Source: Negaprion brevirostris
Lineage: Eukaryota
Direction: 5' to 3'
Assembly (NCBI GenBank): GCA_030324005.1
Contig: JARDVH010000132.1
Location: forward strand, 88,743,595-88,807,594
DNA length: 64,000 nt
Shown: one piece after another, positions 13,950 through 26,825 of the stretch
Numbering within the stretch: the first letter of the stretch is position 1
How the letters are laid out: every line of letters starts with the position of its first letter
Translations under genes and position numbers: made by a program
The notes under the pieces: generated by a model
Told to the model about the DNA's origin: nothing
What the model saw: only the letters and a program-made list of their open reading frames with translations
Database searches by the model: none

Positions 13950-14677
13950 TCCCTTCCAAGAGTTTTCCCAAAGTTGCGCAGAGTGCTGGTTTCATGGCTG
14001 CCCTTTGTCGCCTGACTTAACAGCAGTCTGTGCAACTTCGAAGTGCCAGTGAGGATCGCACAGCCAGCTAGAGGGACAGAGCCTTAACACTCAGCAAAGC
14101 TGNNNNNNNNNNNNNNNNNNNNNNNNNNNNNNNNNNNNNNNNNNNNNNNNNNNNNNNNNNNNNNNNNNNNNNNNNNNNNNNNNNNNNNNNNNNNNNNNNN
14201 NNNNNNNNNNNNNNNNNNNNNNNNNNNNNNNNNAGGCATCAGGGATCTCCCCTTCTGCCCCTCTCTTTTTTTTCAGGCCTCAGAGATTTCTTGTCTTCCA
14301 CCACCCCCCCGCCAAGGTGGATTACACCCCCTGTCAAGGCCCCCTTGGCACTGCCAGGGTGCAATGCCCAGCTTTGTCCCTCAACCCCTAGAGCCTACAT
14401 ATAGCTCCACATCCCCAGTGTTGTCATCACAACTGGTATTTACTTATGAAAACTAGTACTGATTCGCAGCAGCATGGCATTACCCCACATGGACAACAGT
14501 GGCAGCGCAGGGGGAAGATATGTCATGGTGGGACATAACCTGACTATGTGACTGACAGAGGGTGGGGAAGAACTCAAACTGAGGTGAGGTGAGCTGTCCT
14601 CATATGGCTCAGACTATTTTCCCGCTTCTCTCCTGCCTCCTTTGCCCACCACGTGCGAGCTGGGAAAATCTAGCCCC
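13950..14677. mobile_element. GC-rich non-autonomous DNA transposon (PIF/Harbinger-like TIR), gapped
   Basis: Ends gggaaaatctagccc. Shares the ggcactgccagg motif in opposite orientation with 23108-23925. Confidence 0.5.
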
Positions 14678-14933
14678 ATGTGTCACTCTTTCAGAACAGC
14701 CTAGTCCCATCAACTTGAACTTGTAACTTGTCTAGAATCTTACCAGCTGGACGGAAGCGGGAAAGTCGTGAGCTTTTGAAAGTTGCTTGTTTGGGTCACT
14801 TACCTGATGTTTCTGGAAGCAGGTTCAGACAGAAACTAGCTACCTGCCAGCAGTGACAACCAAACAATTACCATCAATTAAGTGCCCCCTGGAGACAAAT
14901 TAGTGATGACACCTGGATCTTCTCAACGGATAA

Positions 14934-15147
14934 AAAGTCTCACAGCACCAGGTTAAAGTTCAACAGGTTTATTTGGTAGCACTGCTCCTTCATCAGGTGA
15001 GTGGGGAGTTCTGATCATAAACAGGGCATAAAAAGGCACACATTCAGTTACGGAATACTGATTAGAACGCAAGTCTTTACTTGATTAGCTGTGTTGTGAG
15101 ACTTCTTACTGTGATTACCCCAGTCCAAAGCCGACATCTCCACACCG
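14934..15147. mobile_element. Fold-back Penelope-like element end
   Basis: Inverted arms aagtctcacagcacc.../...tgttgtgagactt. Flanking TSD-like tcttctcaacggat / tcttctcagcaggat. Confidence 0.8.
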
Positions 15148-15451
15148 TGTCTTCTCAGCAGGATCAGTCAGAACAAAATGAGACAGGCCATGGGGAAGGG
15201 GGCGTTGAAGCTTCCTTTAAATATTGCCGACCTGGCTTGGGATTAGATGGCCACAGTCACATGACATCATGTGGAGGGGTACCCTCTTCTCACGTTGAGG
15301 CTGTTTGCTACCCACAGACTTAGGCACACTGATTAGTCTCTTTTTCACCTGTATAGTCTGCAGTCAAACCATAAGTGTCGAGGTGACCTACTAATTGGCA
15401 ATCTCTGGGCCGATTGCCAGACTGGCAATCCCCAGATACTCAGACACAGAT

Positions 15452-15615
15452 ACTTGCATTGATATCGTGCCTTTCAGGACACCTGCATGTTCCAAAGTTC
15501 TTTACAGCCAATCAAGTACCTTTGAAATGTAGTCAGTAATGCCATGTAGCAAACTCAGCAGTCAGTGGGCACACAGCAAGTTTCCACAAATAATAATGAT
15601 AGCCGATTATGATGT
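15452..15615 (-). mobile_element. Deu-SINE (SacSINE1/AmnSINE1-like) 3' fragment
   Basis: acttgcatt...ctttacagccaatcaagtacctttgaaatgtagtc...cacacagcaag matches the reverse of the 30705-31137 family. Confidence 0.65.
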
Positions 15616-15716
15616 GTAAGACACTGAGCTGTGTGACTGTTAGTTGAAAATATTTCTTTGCAGGACAGTTTACAGATTATTGAAATCGGAGAGTCACTTT
15701 GAGACCTGAGGCTGAT

Positions 15717-15997
15717 GCGTGTTTTTCAAAGTGATGGTCATGACCCGCGGGTGGGTCGTAGAATGTTGAAAAATGGGTCGCCAAAAATAATTCCCAAAGA
15801 TTGCTTGACCTTTTTGTCCATTATTTCTCTGGCTAATTGCTTGTTTCAGTACAGTGCATGACAACATGAAGCAGGAATAAACAGGTCAGCGTGTTCTGAA
15901 TGTGCATTTGGCACCAATTTCCTTTCTCTACTCTGGGTTGCAAGAGACAGCCGTTGGTAAAAGCAGGCCACTGGAAAGAAAGGTTTGAAAAACATTG
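15717..15997. mobile_element. hAT/Charlie-like MITE
   Basis: TIRs gtgtttttcaaa ... tttgaaaaacattg, with subterminal gacccgcgggtgggtcg. Confidence 0.65.
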
Positions 15998-16310
15998 ACT
16001 CGTGTCATACATGCAGCACTATTACTTGCTCACTACTCAGAAGCCAATGTAAGTCACCAATAAAGCAATGAGGGTATAATAAAATGTGTCAGGAAAAGTG
16101 CGTGATGAACTTGCAAAACTGCATCTTTTAAAAATTGATGACAAAGTCCTTATGAGCTCCTACCTGAGTGAGTATAGGACAAAGTCTGCAAATCCCCTTT
16201 GCTCCTATGCAAGGTGCTTATAAGGTACAGTTGATTCGCAATATCAAATTCTGGAAGTTTCTAGGCAGTCTGTCGCTAGTTATCTGATATCATGTCTTGA
16301 AGAAAGGATG

Positions 16311-17295
16311 GAACTTGCTTTTGTATAACTCATTTATTTAGGACATCCCAATATCAGCCTGAACAATTGAAGTACATTTTACAAATGCAAGCATTATTGT
16401 TTTCGAGGCAAATATGACAACCAGTTTGCACACAGGCACAATGAGAGAAATGGATAGATAAACTTGTCTTGGCAGAATTCCCCTTTAATTACTTCAATAT
16501 TCCTCACGGTTCAAACATGAGTGTTTTGACCAAATACAAGTTTATTACTCAGACACAAAAATACAGTCATCATTACAATTACTTAATAAACACTTAACAG
16601 TAGGGGTGTAATTTTCTGGCCGCACTCGCCCAAGACCAACAAATCCCGCATGAGATCAACAGATCTTTCCATGGTTCTGTCCCACACGCTATGATTCCCG
16701 TGGCACGCGGGGCCAGAAAATTCCACCCCCAGTTTTTTTGCAGACTCGATGATCAGGCTTGGCTTCTGAACATATTTTATCTCTGAACTCTTCCCATAAC
16801 GGTTTCTGGGAAAATCTTACTTATCCTTCCCATTAAAATCCAGAACCTTCTCCTCTGTTGTCAACTCATGTCACTTTATGCTCAGCATTATATGTGAAAA
16901 GAGAGATTCCTTTGTAGAAACATTCAGGCTATGATATAATGAGCACTTAAATGATGTAAAAACTGTAATGTCAAAATCGTGTCTTGATGAACTTTCACAA
17001 GGTGAATAGCGTAAGCTGGATGGTTTGACTCAAAGCCGAGAAAGTGTAACAAAAGAGATTCTAACAAAGAGCATGTGGAGAGCTTTGCTGTCCTCCTTTG
17101 AAAAATAACATGGAATCTTTTACGAGCAACTAAGCAAGAAGATGGGGCTTTGATTTATCTTTGCATGTGTAAGACATTATCTCAATCCATTGAGTACTCT
17201 CAGTACTGCGCTCATGCTGCTGCCTTGATTATGTGCTCAGTGTAGGACTCCAATTCACGCTACACTGAATCAGAGGCAAATGTGTTACCTCAGTA
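16311..17295 (-). mobile_element. Fragmented Deu-SINE (SacSINE1-like) pieces at 16311-16500 and 17070-17295
   Basis: Decayed reverse-strand similarity to 30705-31137 (catggaatcttttac, ctcagtactgc, gattatgtgctca). Confidence 0.5.
16603..16729. mobile_element. Short MITE with about 20-bp TIRs (PIF/Harbinger-like)
   Basis: ggggtgtaattttctggcc ... ggccagaaaattccacccc. Confidence 0.75.
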
Positions 17296-17356
17296 TGTTT
17301 AGCTGAATTTGTTAAATGCATTACTGTGCTTAAGATTGTTAAGCCAGTTTATTGTG

Positions 17357-17965
17357 AACATAAGAAATAGGACGAGGGGTCAACCATCTGCTTCCTTGAG
17401 TCTGCTCTGCCATTCAATACATTCATGGTTGATTTCTGCTTACCTATCCCCATACTTGTGATTTCCCATGAGACCAATCTATCCACCTCAATATTGAGTA
17501 TACTCAATAGTGGGACATTCTCAACTCTCCAGAGCAGAGAATTTCAAAGGTTCACAACCCTCTCAGTGAATAAAGAAATGTCCTCATCTCAGTCTTAAAT
17601 AATAGAGCCTTTTCCTGAAACTGTGTCCCCACATTCAGAATTCTTTAGAAAGAGGAAATCGCCTCCCACTGTCCACCTGCTCAAGCTGCTTCAGAATCAT
17701 TTATGTTTCAGTGCAATAACATCTTATTTGTCCAAACTCTGGAACGGTTAGACCCAATTTACTGAATCTTTCATCAGCGAACAACCCCCTCATTGTTGAA
17801 TTGTCTCCAAGGCAAGTGTATCCTTCATTAGAAATGTCTGCACAGTATTCCAGGTCTGGCTTCAGCAAAGACCTGTGTAGTTGTAGCAAGACTTCATCAT
17901 TCGTGTACTCCAATCACTTGCAACAGTGGCCGACGTGCCTTCCTAATTGATTCCTATACCTTCAT
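17357..17965 (-). mobile_element. CR1 LINE 3' end, decayed
   Basis: Tail aacataagaaatagga...ctgctctgccattcaat. Minus strand encodes LLKPDLEYC. Confidence 0.8.
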
Positions 17966-19227
17966 GCCGCAGAAGTAATCCATTTTGCTGGAGCCTTGCA
18001 TCCCTAATGTAAAGTTCAAACTCTCTCCCAATCGGAGACACCCAATTGTCCATGTCCAACTTGCTGTAGGCTGGCACCAACCTCAGCTTCAGCATTTCTA
18101 AATACGCATTATTAAGGCACTGGATTCAGCTGCAGCTGACCAGCACAAAACAAGTGTAAATTTTCTGCTCCTTACCAGCTAGAGCCATCCATCAGAGCAG
18201 AAGCTTTCAGAGTAATCTGGAACTAAATGAAAACAATCCAAGACTCCAGGCTGGTTGATCAATCAACAGCGCTGTTGATTATGGGCTGGGTGGCCTAATG
18301 TATTAGATTATCAAAGACACCACTCAGGATTGAATTGGTTCCAAACTTCCATTATCGGCTTTTTCTTTTAATGTTCCTTTTTAATATAATTTTCAATCAT
18401 CTGTAATTGTGGATTTAATTGGACAACCATGGTCAGTCAGTCAGTCCTACATCCTCTGTTGTGAAGATTACTTATCACATTTATAAATATTACTTCAGGA
18501 TATTAATACCTAACTTTAAATTTAATATCAAAATTCTGCATAAAGTCAGGATGAAGAAAGGATCCAAATTCAGAAATCTGAGATTGACTCAATCACTGAG
18601 TACTGTAAAACTTTCCAACATGGGTGGGTAATGGATGGTGCTATTTAATCAAAAGTATGGTTAATGGAGAATTCCTTTTACTAATGGAATATGGCACAAT
18701 GCTTGTCGCATCAGTTAATATACAAGTATCCAGTATTCTTTTCACTTCCAATCTTCAACAACACATTAAAACATAAATCAAAGCAGAAAATTACCCAATA
18801 TATAGTTATAGATTTTGGATACCTTCCTAATTGCTGTAAGTGACGATTTGTATTAGGGGAACATCAGAAATTCCGGTTAAGAGAGAATTCCAGTTGGTCG
18901 ATTGCTGGATAGCACAAGGTTTACTCACCCTGTTACTAATGCTATTTGTCAACCTTGGGCTTTTTCCTGTATGTGTTGGAACGCATTTTTGTTTCTAGTT
19001 GTGAAAACTATGATAATGTGTGAAGTTAATCTGGAGTACGTAAGGAGTAAATATTATGTCTGGTTATTTGAATATTCATAAAATTGCAGGGTCACATGAA
19101 ATAACCATGGGTTAAATGAATTGCCCCTGAAGGTGGATATTTAAGGTTGTGACAAAATATAACAGTCGAATATGCCTTTGCTGCCATTTCTTCTTTCTCA
19201 GGTCCAAGTTTAGCCCACATTATTTAA

Positions 19228-20125
19228 ATAACAGAAAATGCTGGAAACACTAGCAAGTCAGTCAGCAGAACAGGTGAATGAATGTTTCAGGTATGGACCT
19301 GGGATAGTTTTAACCTTCAAAAAAATGGGTGGATTTGGGTCAGGTGCAAGATTAAGATGCTAATTTTAAACCCACCTCAAATGAACTGACTCCTGTTTTG
19401 AATTGAGGTGGGATGGTGTTGTGTGAGTGACTGATCCATTCTCAGGCGGCNNNNNNNNNNNNNNNNNNNNNNNNNNNNNNNNNNNNNNNNNNNNNNNNNN
19501 NNNNNNNNNNNNNNNNNNNNNNNNNNNNNNNNNNNNNNNNNNNNNNNNNNGTTGTGTGAGTGACTGATCCATTCTCAGGAGGCTGCTCAATCGCTTTCAG
19601 TTTTTCAGGAGGCTGGGTGTCCCCATTGTGTTCTCAACTAATGTCTGGCAGGTATCGAGATTCTAGACAGATAAAAGGAGGTGGGAAGGTCTAGATCCTT
19701 AAGGTATGTATGCCATTATAGCATTGCTTGTGGGTCAATAAGCTGCCCTGTAAACTTCCCATAGTCTCCAGCCCTGTAACCACCATCTCGGTCCACTGAC
19801 CCCACTACCAAGGCAGGCGATCTTTTCCTATGTCCTCTCCTTCATCCTTTGCTACAGAATTTCCCACCAAGCAGAGTGTTGATTAGGCTTGCAGTGGGTT
19901 GGAGAAACGTGGAAAAAAAATTAAAATTATCTTGCATCTAAAACTTGCAGGACAGAGCATTCGGAAGGCTTTCACTTATGGGTTTTCCATCCTTAACTAA
20001 TCCTCCTGCATCTAATACGTGGCTCCCCAAAACCAGGGCCTTGAAAATGTCCTTGCCACACACACAGAAAATGTTTTCTCCACTGTATATGCTCAGTGTT
20101 TCCAACATTTTCTGTTTCATTTCCA
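19228..20125. mobile_element. Inverted arms of a second Penelope-like family enclosing a DNA-transposon-like insertion
   Basis: Left aacagaaaatgctggaaacact and right agtgtttccaacattttctgtt are inverted copies. Confidence 0.5.
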
Positions 20126-20145
20126 GCATCAACCCTTGAAATAAT

Positions 20146-20281
20146 GGATGGGATTCTCCAGCTGTTCACGCCAGTGGGATTCGCCAGTTCCGCTGCAGTG
20201 AACAGACATTCAACTCAGGGCCAAATGCTCCATCCGGTCTGGCAGAAGTGGCAGGGCATGAAGGGCTAAAGAATTCCAGCC
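20146..20281. mobile_element. Short MITE
   Basis: TIRs ggatgggattct / agaattccagcc, flanked by AAT on both sides. Confidence 0.65.
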
Positions 20282-22729
20282 AATGCCATTATTAAAATAA
20301 AAATGTTTAGTTGTATCACATTTTGCATCTGCAGCACCAAATGTTCTAGCAAGTTAAAATTAATTTTTAAAAAGCCCAAACAGTGTTTTCATGGCACCAG
20401 ATCTAGTATCCATTGCTGCGTAGACGTGTTCCTGTGCCAACAGAGTGAACTTTAACTTGTGCACTTAGAGCGGGCTGTTCATGATTATTGCTGCACCTTA
20501 GCTTACCCAGAAATTCACCAAATATGGCAATGCCATTCTATTGGAAATTCCTGTTAAGTGAATAATCCTGGCATAGTCATTCGAGTATTCTTGTTAAAGT
20601 AGTGTAAGAGGCCATTCTCCAAAGTGAAATTACGTATATTACAAATGGAAAAAGACTATTTCTGATTGCCAATGTAAGGAAAGTAAGATAAGTTCAATTT
20701 GATGCATTGTTGTCCTGGAATCTCTTAGTTGTAAGTTGCAATATTTATATCCATTCATTTTGTTTTTGTTTTCAGTATCATAAACTTCATCTTGAATAGT
20801 GGGCCAAAGGGTTCTGTTAACTCAATTTTATGAAAAATAAATGTAAAGTACTGCTGCCTGCTCTCAACTTGGGGAACTTCATGCTGTAAAATTGATAAAA
20901 GAAAATATAGTCCAAAGGTATTTTCCTTTAAATCATGTAAAATTCAAATAGTCTTATTTGATGTTTCAATGCCTCTCCAAGGAACAAGATTATTCAAAGT
21001 TTATAATTCCTCATGAATCAAATTCTATTTAGTTGGCTGATGATACTTAGTCAAATTCAATCAGCTCTGAAATCCTTCTGTAGCAACAAATCTACAGGCC
21101 ATAAGCTCCAATTTTTTTACTTCCCTCCCAGTTGTTGCCCTCAAAATTTGGATGATGGGAAGGGTGGGAGGAAGGTGAGATAGAGAGAATTGAATTCATT
21201 GTCATCTTTGGGGGGGGGGTTGGGATTGCGGGGAGATGGAGGTGGGTTGGGAGTGGAAGAGGGGTCCAAAATTATCAATGGCAGCGGACACAGTACTTCA
21301 TTTAACAAATGGCCCATTAAACTGAAAGAAATTTGCAATCAGATGTCAAATGGACTTGGCTGACACGAGTATGTATCACTGACCAAGAGAGGAGTCCTCG
21401 TACATCATTGTGCAGGAATGAGAGCATATAGGGGTTGAAATTGATCTTTGGTAGGAGTGCAAAATGGACAACAGGGAATTAGCAGCTCATTTTACACCCG
21501 ATCTGATTTTCTTGACCCTTGAATGAAAAGGAAAATTGTGTCATATCTGAAAGAGACTCTTGTTTGATTACCACTAATTTTGTGAAGACCAAGTCCACTT
21601 AGTGCATTGTCGCAGGTTTAATTCTTTACACCTATTTGAAATAGTTTCCAGTTCTATTGCATGTTTCCTGAGGACCATACACACTAGGTGAATGGCTTTG
21701 GATGATATACATGGAGGTATTGAGGTGGCATGAGTGATCTGAGCATAGACATGGCAAGGGCAATCTGAGGTGTCACAGGGTAAGGGTAGGTTCTAGGGTG
21801 GTTTTTAATGATGTCAGGAATTGGGCTGCTAACTAAATAACAATTCGTCCTTTTTGGCAAACTTAGTGAACATCCACAGCTTTTACTCAGTTTGGAAAAG
21901 GAAAGCATGAGTTCACCATTGCTTTAAAAATAGTTTATAGTGCTGCATTCCCCTTTATGCATACTTATCTCTTATCTTAGCAAGCCCGTTTAGCAGGTTG
22001 TTGTGTAATTTATAGTTTACTCTGCCAGTCTCCAAAGTATGGAATACCATCGGAGGCCTTACAAAATATTCCAGAGATAAGGGGTTCTGTTCAGCGTGTA
22101 CATGCACTAAATATGAAAGGTTAAAAACTCTTAGAAAAAAGAACACCTGTTCCAGCAAAGACATTACATGGTCATTTACAACTTTGCTGAAGGTTAAAAA
22201 CTGGTGCCAATGAATCCTGCTGTTTTTTCCCTTTATGTTGAACTTGTGTGCATGGCAAATTGGCTGTTTGACAATTTTTGGGGCTTGCCAAAGTTGCAAG
22301 TTACATACCACATGTCCTTAAGCTGTTTCTCCTTCTATTCCCATATGCTCATTGCTGTTATATCAGTGGGTCCTCATTTGGCCCCCTTTTCCTTCGTGTT
22401 TGTAAAACTTTTTCAGATGGTAGCAATTGGGAAGTCCTAGTTTGTGTTCCATGTCTACTGAGAACTTTTGGGCCAAATTGTTTGGTCAGCTATGTGGCTC
22501 TCCAGCTGGTATGATGTTGCATTTAAGATGATTCAAATGTTCTCCATCTTAATGCTGGAAAAGCCAAAGGTGATATATTTGACTGCCATTAAAAAGCTTG
22601 ATGTCTTGACTCCCAACTATCATCCAGTTGTCTAATTACCAACTCAGACAAAGTTCAAGTGATGCAGTTCCCAAGCTGCCTCTGTTCTGTTGAATCAACT
22701 TTCTTTCACCCTTGTAATATTTCTCATCT

Positions 22730-23016
22730 CATAGAACCATAGAAGTCCAATATGCAGAAGGAGGTCATTCAGTCCATTGAGTCTGTACCGACCACAATCC
22801 CGTCCAGGCCCTATAACTCCACATATTTACCCTGCTAATCCCCCTGACTCTAAGGGTCAATTTATCATGGCCAATCAACCTAACCCACGCTTTCAGACTG
22901 TGTGAGGAAACCGGAGCACCCGGAAGAAACCCACGTAGACATGGGGAGACAGTGCAGACTCCACACTGACAGTGATCCAAGCCAGAATTGAGCAGTGCTA
23001 ACCACTGTGCAACCGT
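22730..23016 (-). mobile_element. HE1-type V-SINE
   Basis: V-domain ggaaaccggagcacccgg and head cagtgctaaccactgtgc. Confidence 0.88.
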
Positions 23017-23107
23017 ATCTATTCATCTCATGCTCTTCCACTGAGACTGTTTGGGCATGTCTAATGGCCTTCTCCCATCCGTCGTTCAATGAGGTGGTAA
23101 GATATAA

Positions 23108-23925
23108 TGAGAGGTGAAAACTCAGGTTTGTGCCTGGTTTCTCACCTCCCCCAATTTTACTGGCCCTGTTCTGCTGGTGAAATGAGCTTCACAGACCCTC
23201 AGGCAGTTGGGGCCAGAGTCAGGCAGTGCCTGTGGATCAGTACCAGCCTGGCAGTGCCCAATGGGCACCATAACTGTGCCAGGACAGTGCCAAGCTATGA
23301 GCCTGAGTAGGGGTGGAACCTGATTGTGGGGTGAGGCTATTACTGGGAGGGACATGAGGGGAGCTCGGCAGAGTGTGATTGAGAGGAAAGGAAAATTCTG
23401 CAGGGGTGGTGGTCAGGGAGGGAAGTGGGGAACTCCACAGAAGGGGAATCGGGTGGACGGGAGCTCTGCAATTGGAGATGATCGGGGAAATTCTGCACAT
23501 GGCTGGGTGATCTGGAAGGAGGAACTCTGCAGACAGGGGTGTGATCGGGGTAGGGGGACGGGGCTCTGCACACGGTGCGGGGGGGTGGGGGGTGAGACAG
23601 GCAAAGCAGGTGTTGGGAGGAGGGTACACCAGCTCAGGAAGCCACCAGTGGTTGCAGGGGGCGGGGTGGGGGGTGGGGTCTGTGGTTGAGGGCAGGAGAT
23701 TGGGGCACCTGTACAATGGTGCCCTTAGAGCTCAGCAGCTGGCTTTACTGGTGAGTTTAGGCTCTGCTGCTGCCCCCCCGCCCCCCGGCAACAATCGCAT
23801 CCTAGTTTTTTTTTGCACTGAGTGCCATAAGATTGTGACTCCCAGCTTACCGATAAAACCAGTGTGATTCTCTCACATTTTCTCGCTTGTTCAGCACTTT
23901 GAATTTTATTTGTAAAATTCCACCC
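23108..23925. mobile_element. GC-rich non-autonomous DNA transposon (same family as 13950-14677)
   Basis: Terminus gtaaaattccaccc. Contains cctggcagtgcc repeats and a G-rich interior. Confidence 0.55.
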
Positions 23926-24265
23926 TTAGAATTTTTTTCATAAGGTCACATCCTTAGCATTTACTTATCAAAAAGTCTTCTAACTGACCTTCCTGTTTCT
24001 ACACTCCAATTCTGCACTTCATAAGGAATGCCAGTTTTCACATTCTCACCTATTCAAAGCATTGCATTTCCGTTACACCGGTCCTTCGTTATTGTAGTTA
24101 GCTCATCACTCCTCTTGTAAATCAACTTTAAGATCTGTTCTCTCTCCCTCAGATATCTTCATTGATGTACACCATCTTCCATTAGTCAGCACATTCAATT
24201 TTATGTTACCAATTTCACCTTGCAATTCTTTGACTATTGGCCTATATCCTTTGTTGGCAACTATT

Positions 24266-25157
24266 GTAATGGCCAGATAAGGAGGAGTGAGCTGACCTCC
24301 CTTGCACTCAACTGGTCACCACAAAAGCTTTGTGAAATTCATTTTCCCTGTAATTGCCTTTTCCATCTAATAAGGAGCTAATCAGCTAGGTTTTCTTGAA
24401 TGAAAGAAAGAGTGAAGTTATAATCCAATAAAAATTTAAAAGAATCTGCAATTAAATCCTTTGCTGATCTTTGAGGCATACTTTGTCGAATGTTGTAGCT
24501 GTTTGAAGTTAGTTGGTTTCCTGTATAATTTTGGAGTTGACTTTGTTCAGGTCTTCACTTTGTTGAAGACACTCTTTTAGCTTCAGCGAAAGCTATCGAT
24601 ACCACTCTCTTCCTGTGATATTTCTTTCCTTCCTCCTTTCTGATTCTGCTCGGTCGAACCAGTTTTTAAAAACTCCTGCCCATATATTCCCAGAAAGGAA
24701 TTCAATTGCATGTCTTGCAGCCATTATTGCAGACAAAGTCATCCCATTTTTGATCTTTTTATCTCCAACCTTTTGACACATTCCAAGATAGAAATCACCA
24801 GGAGATGGGGTTATTTTGTTCTCCACAGAAAGTTTTGAATGTCTGAGAAGTATCTGACTGATTAGCAGATCCCATTGACTCAAATTACAGCTGATCAAAG
24901 TCCAGCACTCTGTTTTTTTAATGCTTTCCTTTCAAGACAGTCCCTGTTTGAAGTGAGCCTTGATAACCTCCAGTATGAAATTGTTATGAGTCTGCAGTAC
25001 AATCCATTTCAAAACATTCCAGAGAACTGGTCAACTCATGGCAGCAATTTACAATCAGTGTGTTATCTTGTATTTATTTTTTAAACAGGTTTCCTTTAAA
25101 AAGTTCAGTATGCCTGTGGTTAGTTTGTGAATTTGTAGGTGTATCTCATTCGGTCAC
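24266..25157. mobile_element. Possible solo LTR
   Basis: Begins TGTAATGGCCAG and ends GGTCACA with LTR-like composition. No clear TSD. Confidence 0.3.
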
Positions 25158-26825
25158 AGCTTCCTGTGTCGCGACACTGCTCTTTCAGCATTTACTTCTA
25201 GAACTGCTTTACTTTGCCTTCTTCACCTTTCCCTCTTTCAAAATTTGATTGAAACATTTTTCAGCTGCATTTTTGTGCCTGCACCTCTTGAATCCATTTT
25301 TACAATTTCTATTCAGTGCCCACTTCCATTATCTCATCTCAAAATTGCACTACTGTGACATGATGACACCAGGAATAAATCTCCTGTGAATCCAAAAGCT
25401 AGCGGAAGCAAGACTCAAATCAACTCATGATGGCTGCAGGAAAAGTTAAATCTATATAAAAAGGATTGACTTTTATTGACAGGCATGAGTGTCCTCCATC
25501 CAGGCACAATGATATATGTCCACTGCATGTCTTGGAAAGGACAGCAGATTGCTAAATCAAATTAATGTAATGAAGAAAAATGGTGTTTTTATATTAGATC
25601 TGATGGAAACTGTAATCATTGTAATCATGCTTTGAGTTTAATATCTTTTCGGTTTCCATTTAAATTGAATAGACTGTCGTTGATAAACTGTCAAGCATGA
25701 TAACGCACCAAATGAGTAAATAGAAGTGAGTGCAATAATATCATGAAGACATCACCCATCACAGATCCTGTCTGCTGCTAAGAAAGAAAATGTATTTACA
25801 GATAAACAAAATCATGATGTGAATGTCAGGGTGTCAGGGTCTGTCCTGAACTAAACATCCAGGTGGTGTTGGGTCATCAATTTTTGTGGTATTGGACCCA
25901 GTATTTGGTCTCCATATCCAGTTATAGCCACTGATGGCATCAAGGATGATAACTATATTGAAGAGTTTTTGGCTAGCAAATTTCCCCTCGCAGTGTATCA
26001 CGAATAACTTTGGTTTCCTGCAATTTCAATTGTGGTAATATGCTTTTAAGAGATATCAGCGAGACAGCATTGGAAGAGAAGTGTGTCATGTGATACAGGC
26101 TTAATTTCACATTTATGCAGCCAGGCAGACATAGCATCCTAGATGTATGACAGCGTAAGACTGTTCTCATTTGCCTGGTCTCAATAAATGAAGCCATACT
26201 ATTTTGACCAATCCCTTATGAGCGGTTGGTGTTGAAATCATTATAATAACATGGTAATCAGTGCTGGCAAAAGAAAGGTGGCAGCAAGATTAAGTACAGG
26301 AAGAGTATGGTGAACAGCTTTCAATGTGCTCCATGGCATGAAAAGACCTTTGATACTTTGGTCAAATTGCGTTGAAGTTGTCGCATCAATGAGTGTTGAA
26401 AATGCAGTGGATGACTGAGCAGAAAAGCTTTGGAGATGTAATGCTCAAATAAAGAGCCGGTAAGCAGACTGACGCCTCGTTGTGAACTTAAATGTATTGC
26501 CTGTATGTTCACTGAGTGGGACAATGTGTCAAGAGGATCCTCACTGAGTTAGCTCAGTTGGGAGAGGCGAGTTACCAGGTTGTGGACTGGATTGATAGTA
26601 AGAAAGAGAAAGTCAAACAAAAACATCTGTCATCGAAATTGTGCCAAAGAGCATTGTGAGTATAATGTATGTCTTTTGAAATTGCTATACGGTAAGTTAA
26701 CTAAAAAACAAAGACACCACAACCTGTCTTCTTCGGCGAAGGTTTGTAAAAGGACACTCAAGTGGCCACAGCAACACCTACTCCAGGAAGTATAGAAGCA
26801 AGAAGGTCAAAGGGATATTCTCAGA

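Noticed and set aside
19418-19583. 33-bp direct repeat flanking a gap
   Set aside because: Typical unmerged contig overlap artefact.
21650-22570. Possible decayed L1/Tx1-like C-terminal region with 70-118 aa ORFs
   Set aside because: No diagnostic motif could be read with confidence.
23237-23867. Overlapping 100-159 aa Pro/Gly-rich ORFs and G-quadruplex-like runs
   Set aside because: Low-complexity GC-rich interior of a non-autonomous transposon.
26546-26570. tRNA-Phe-like tagctcagttgggagag
   Set aside because: No anticodon arm, B-box or cloverleaf follows.
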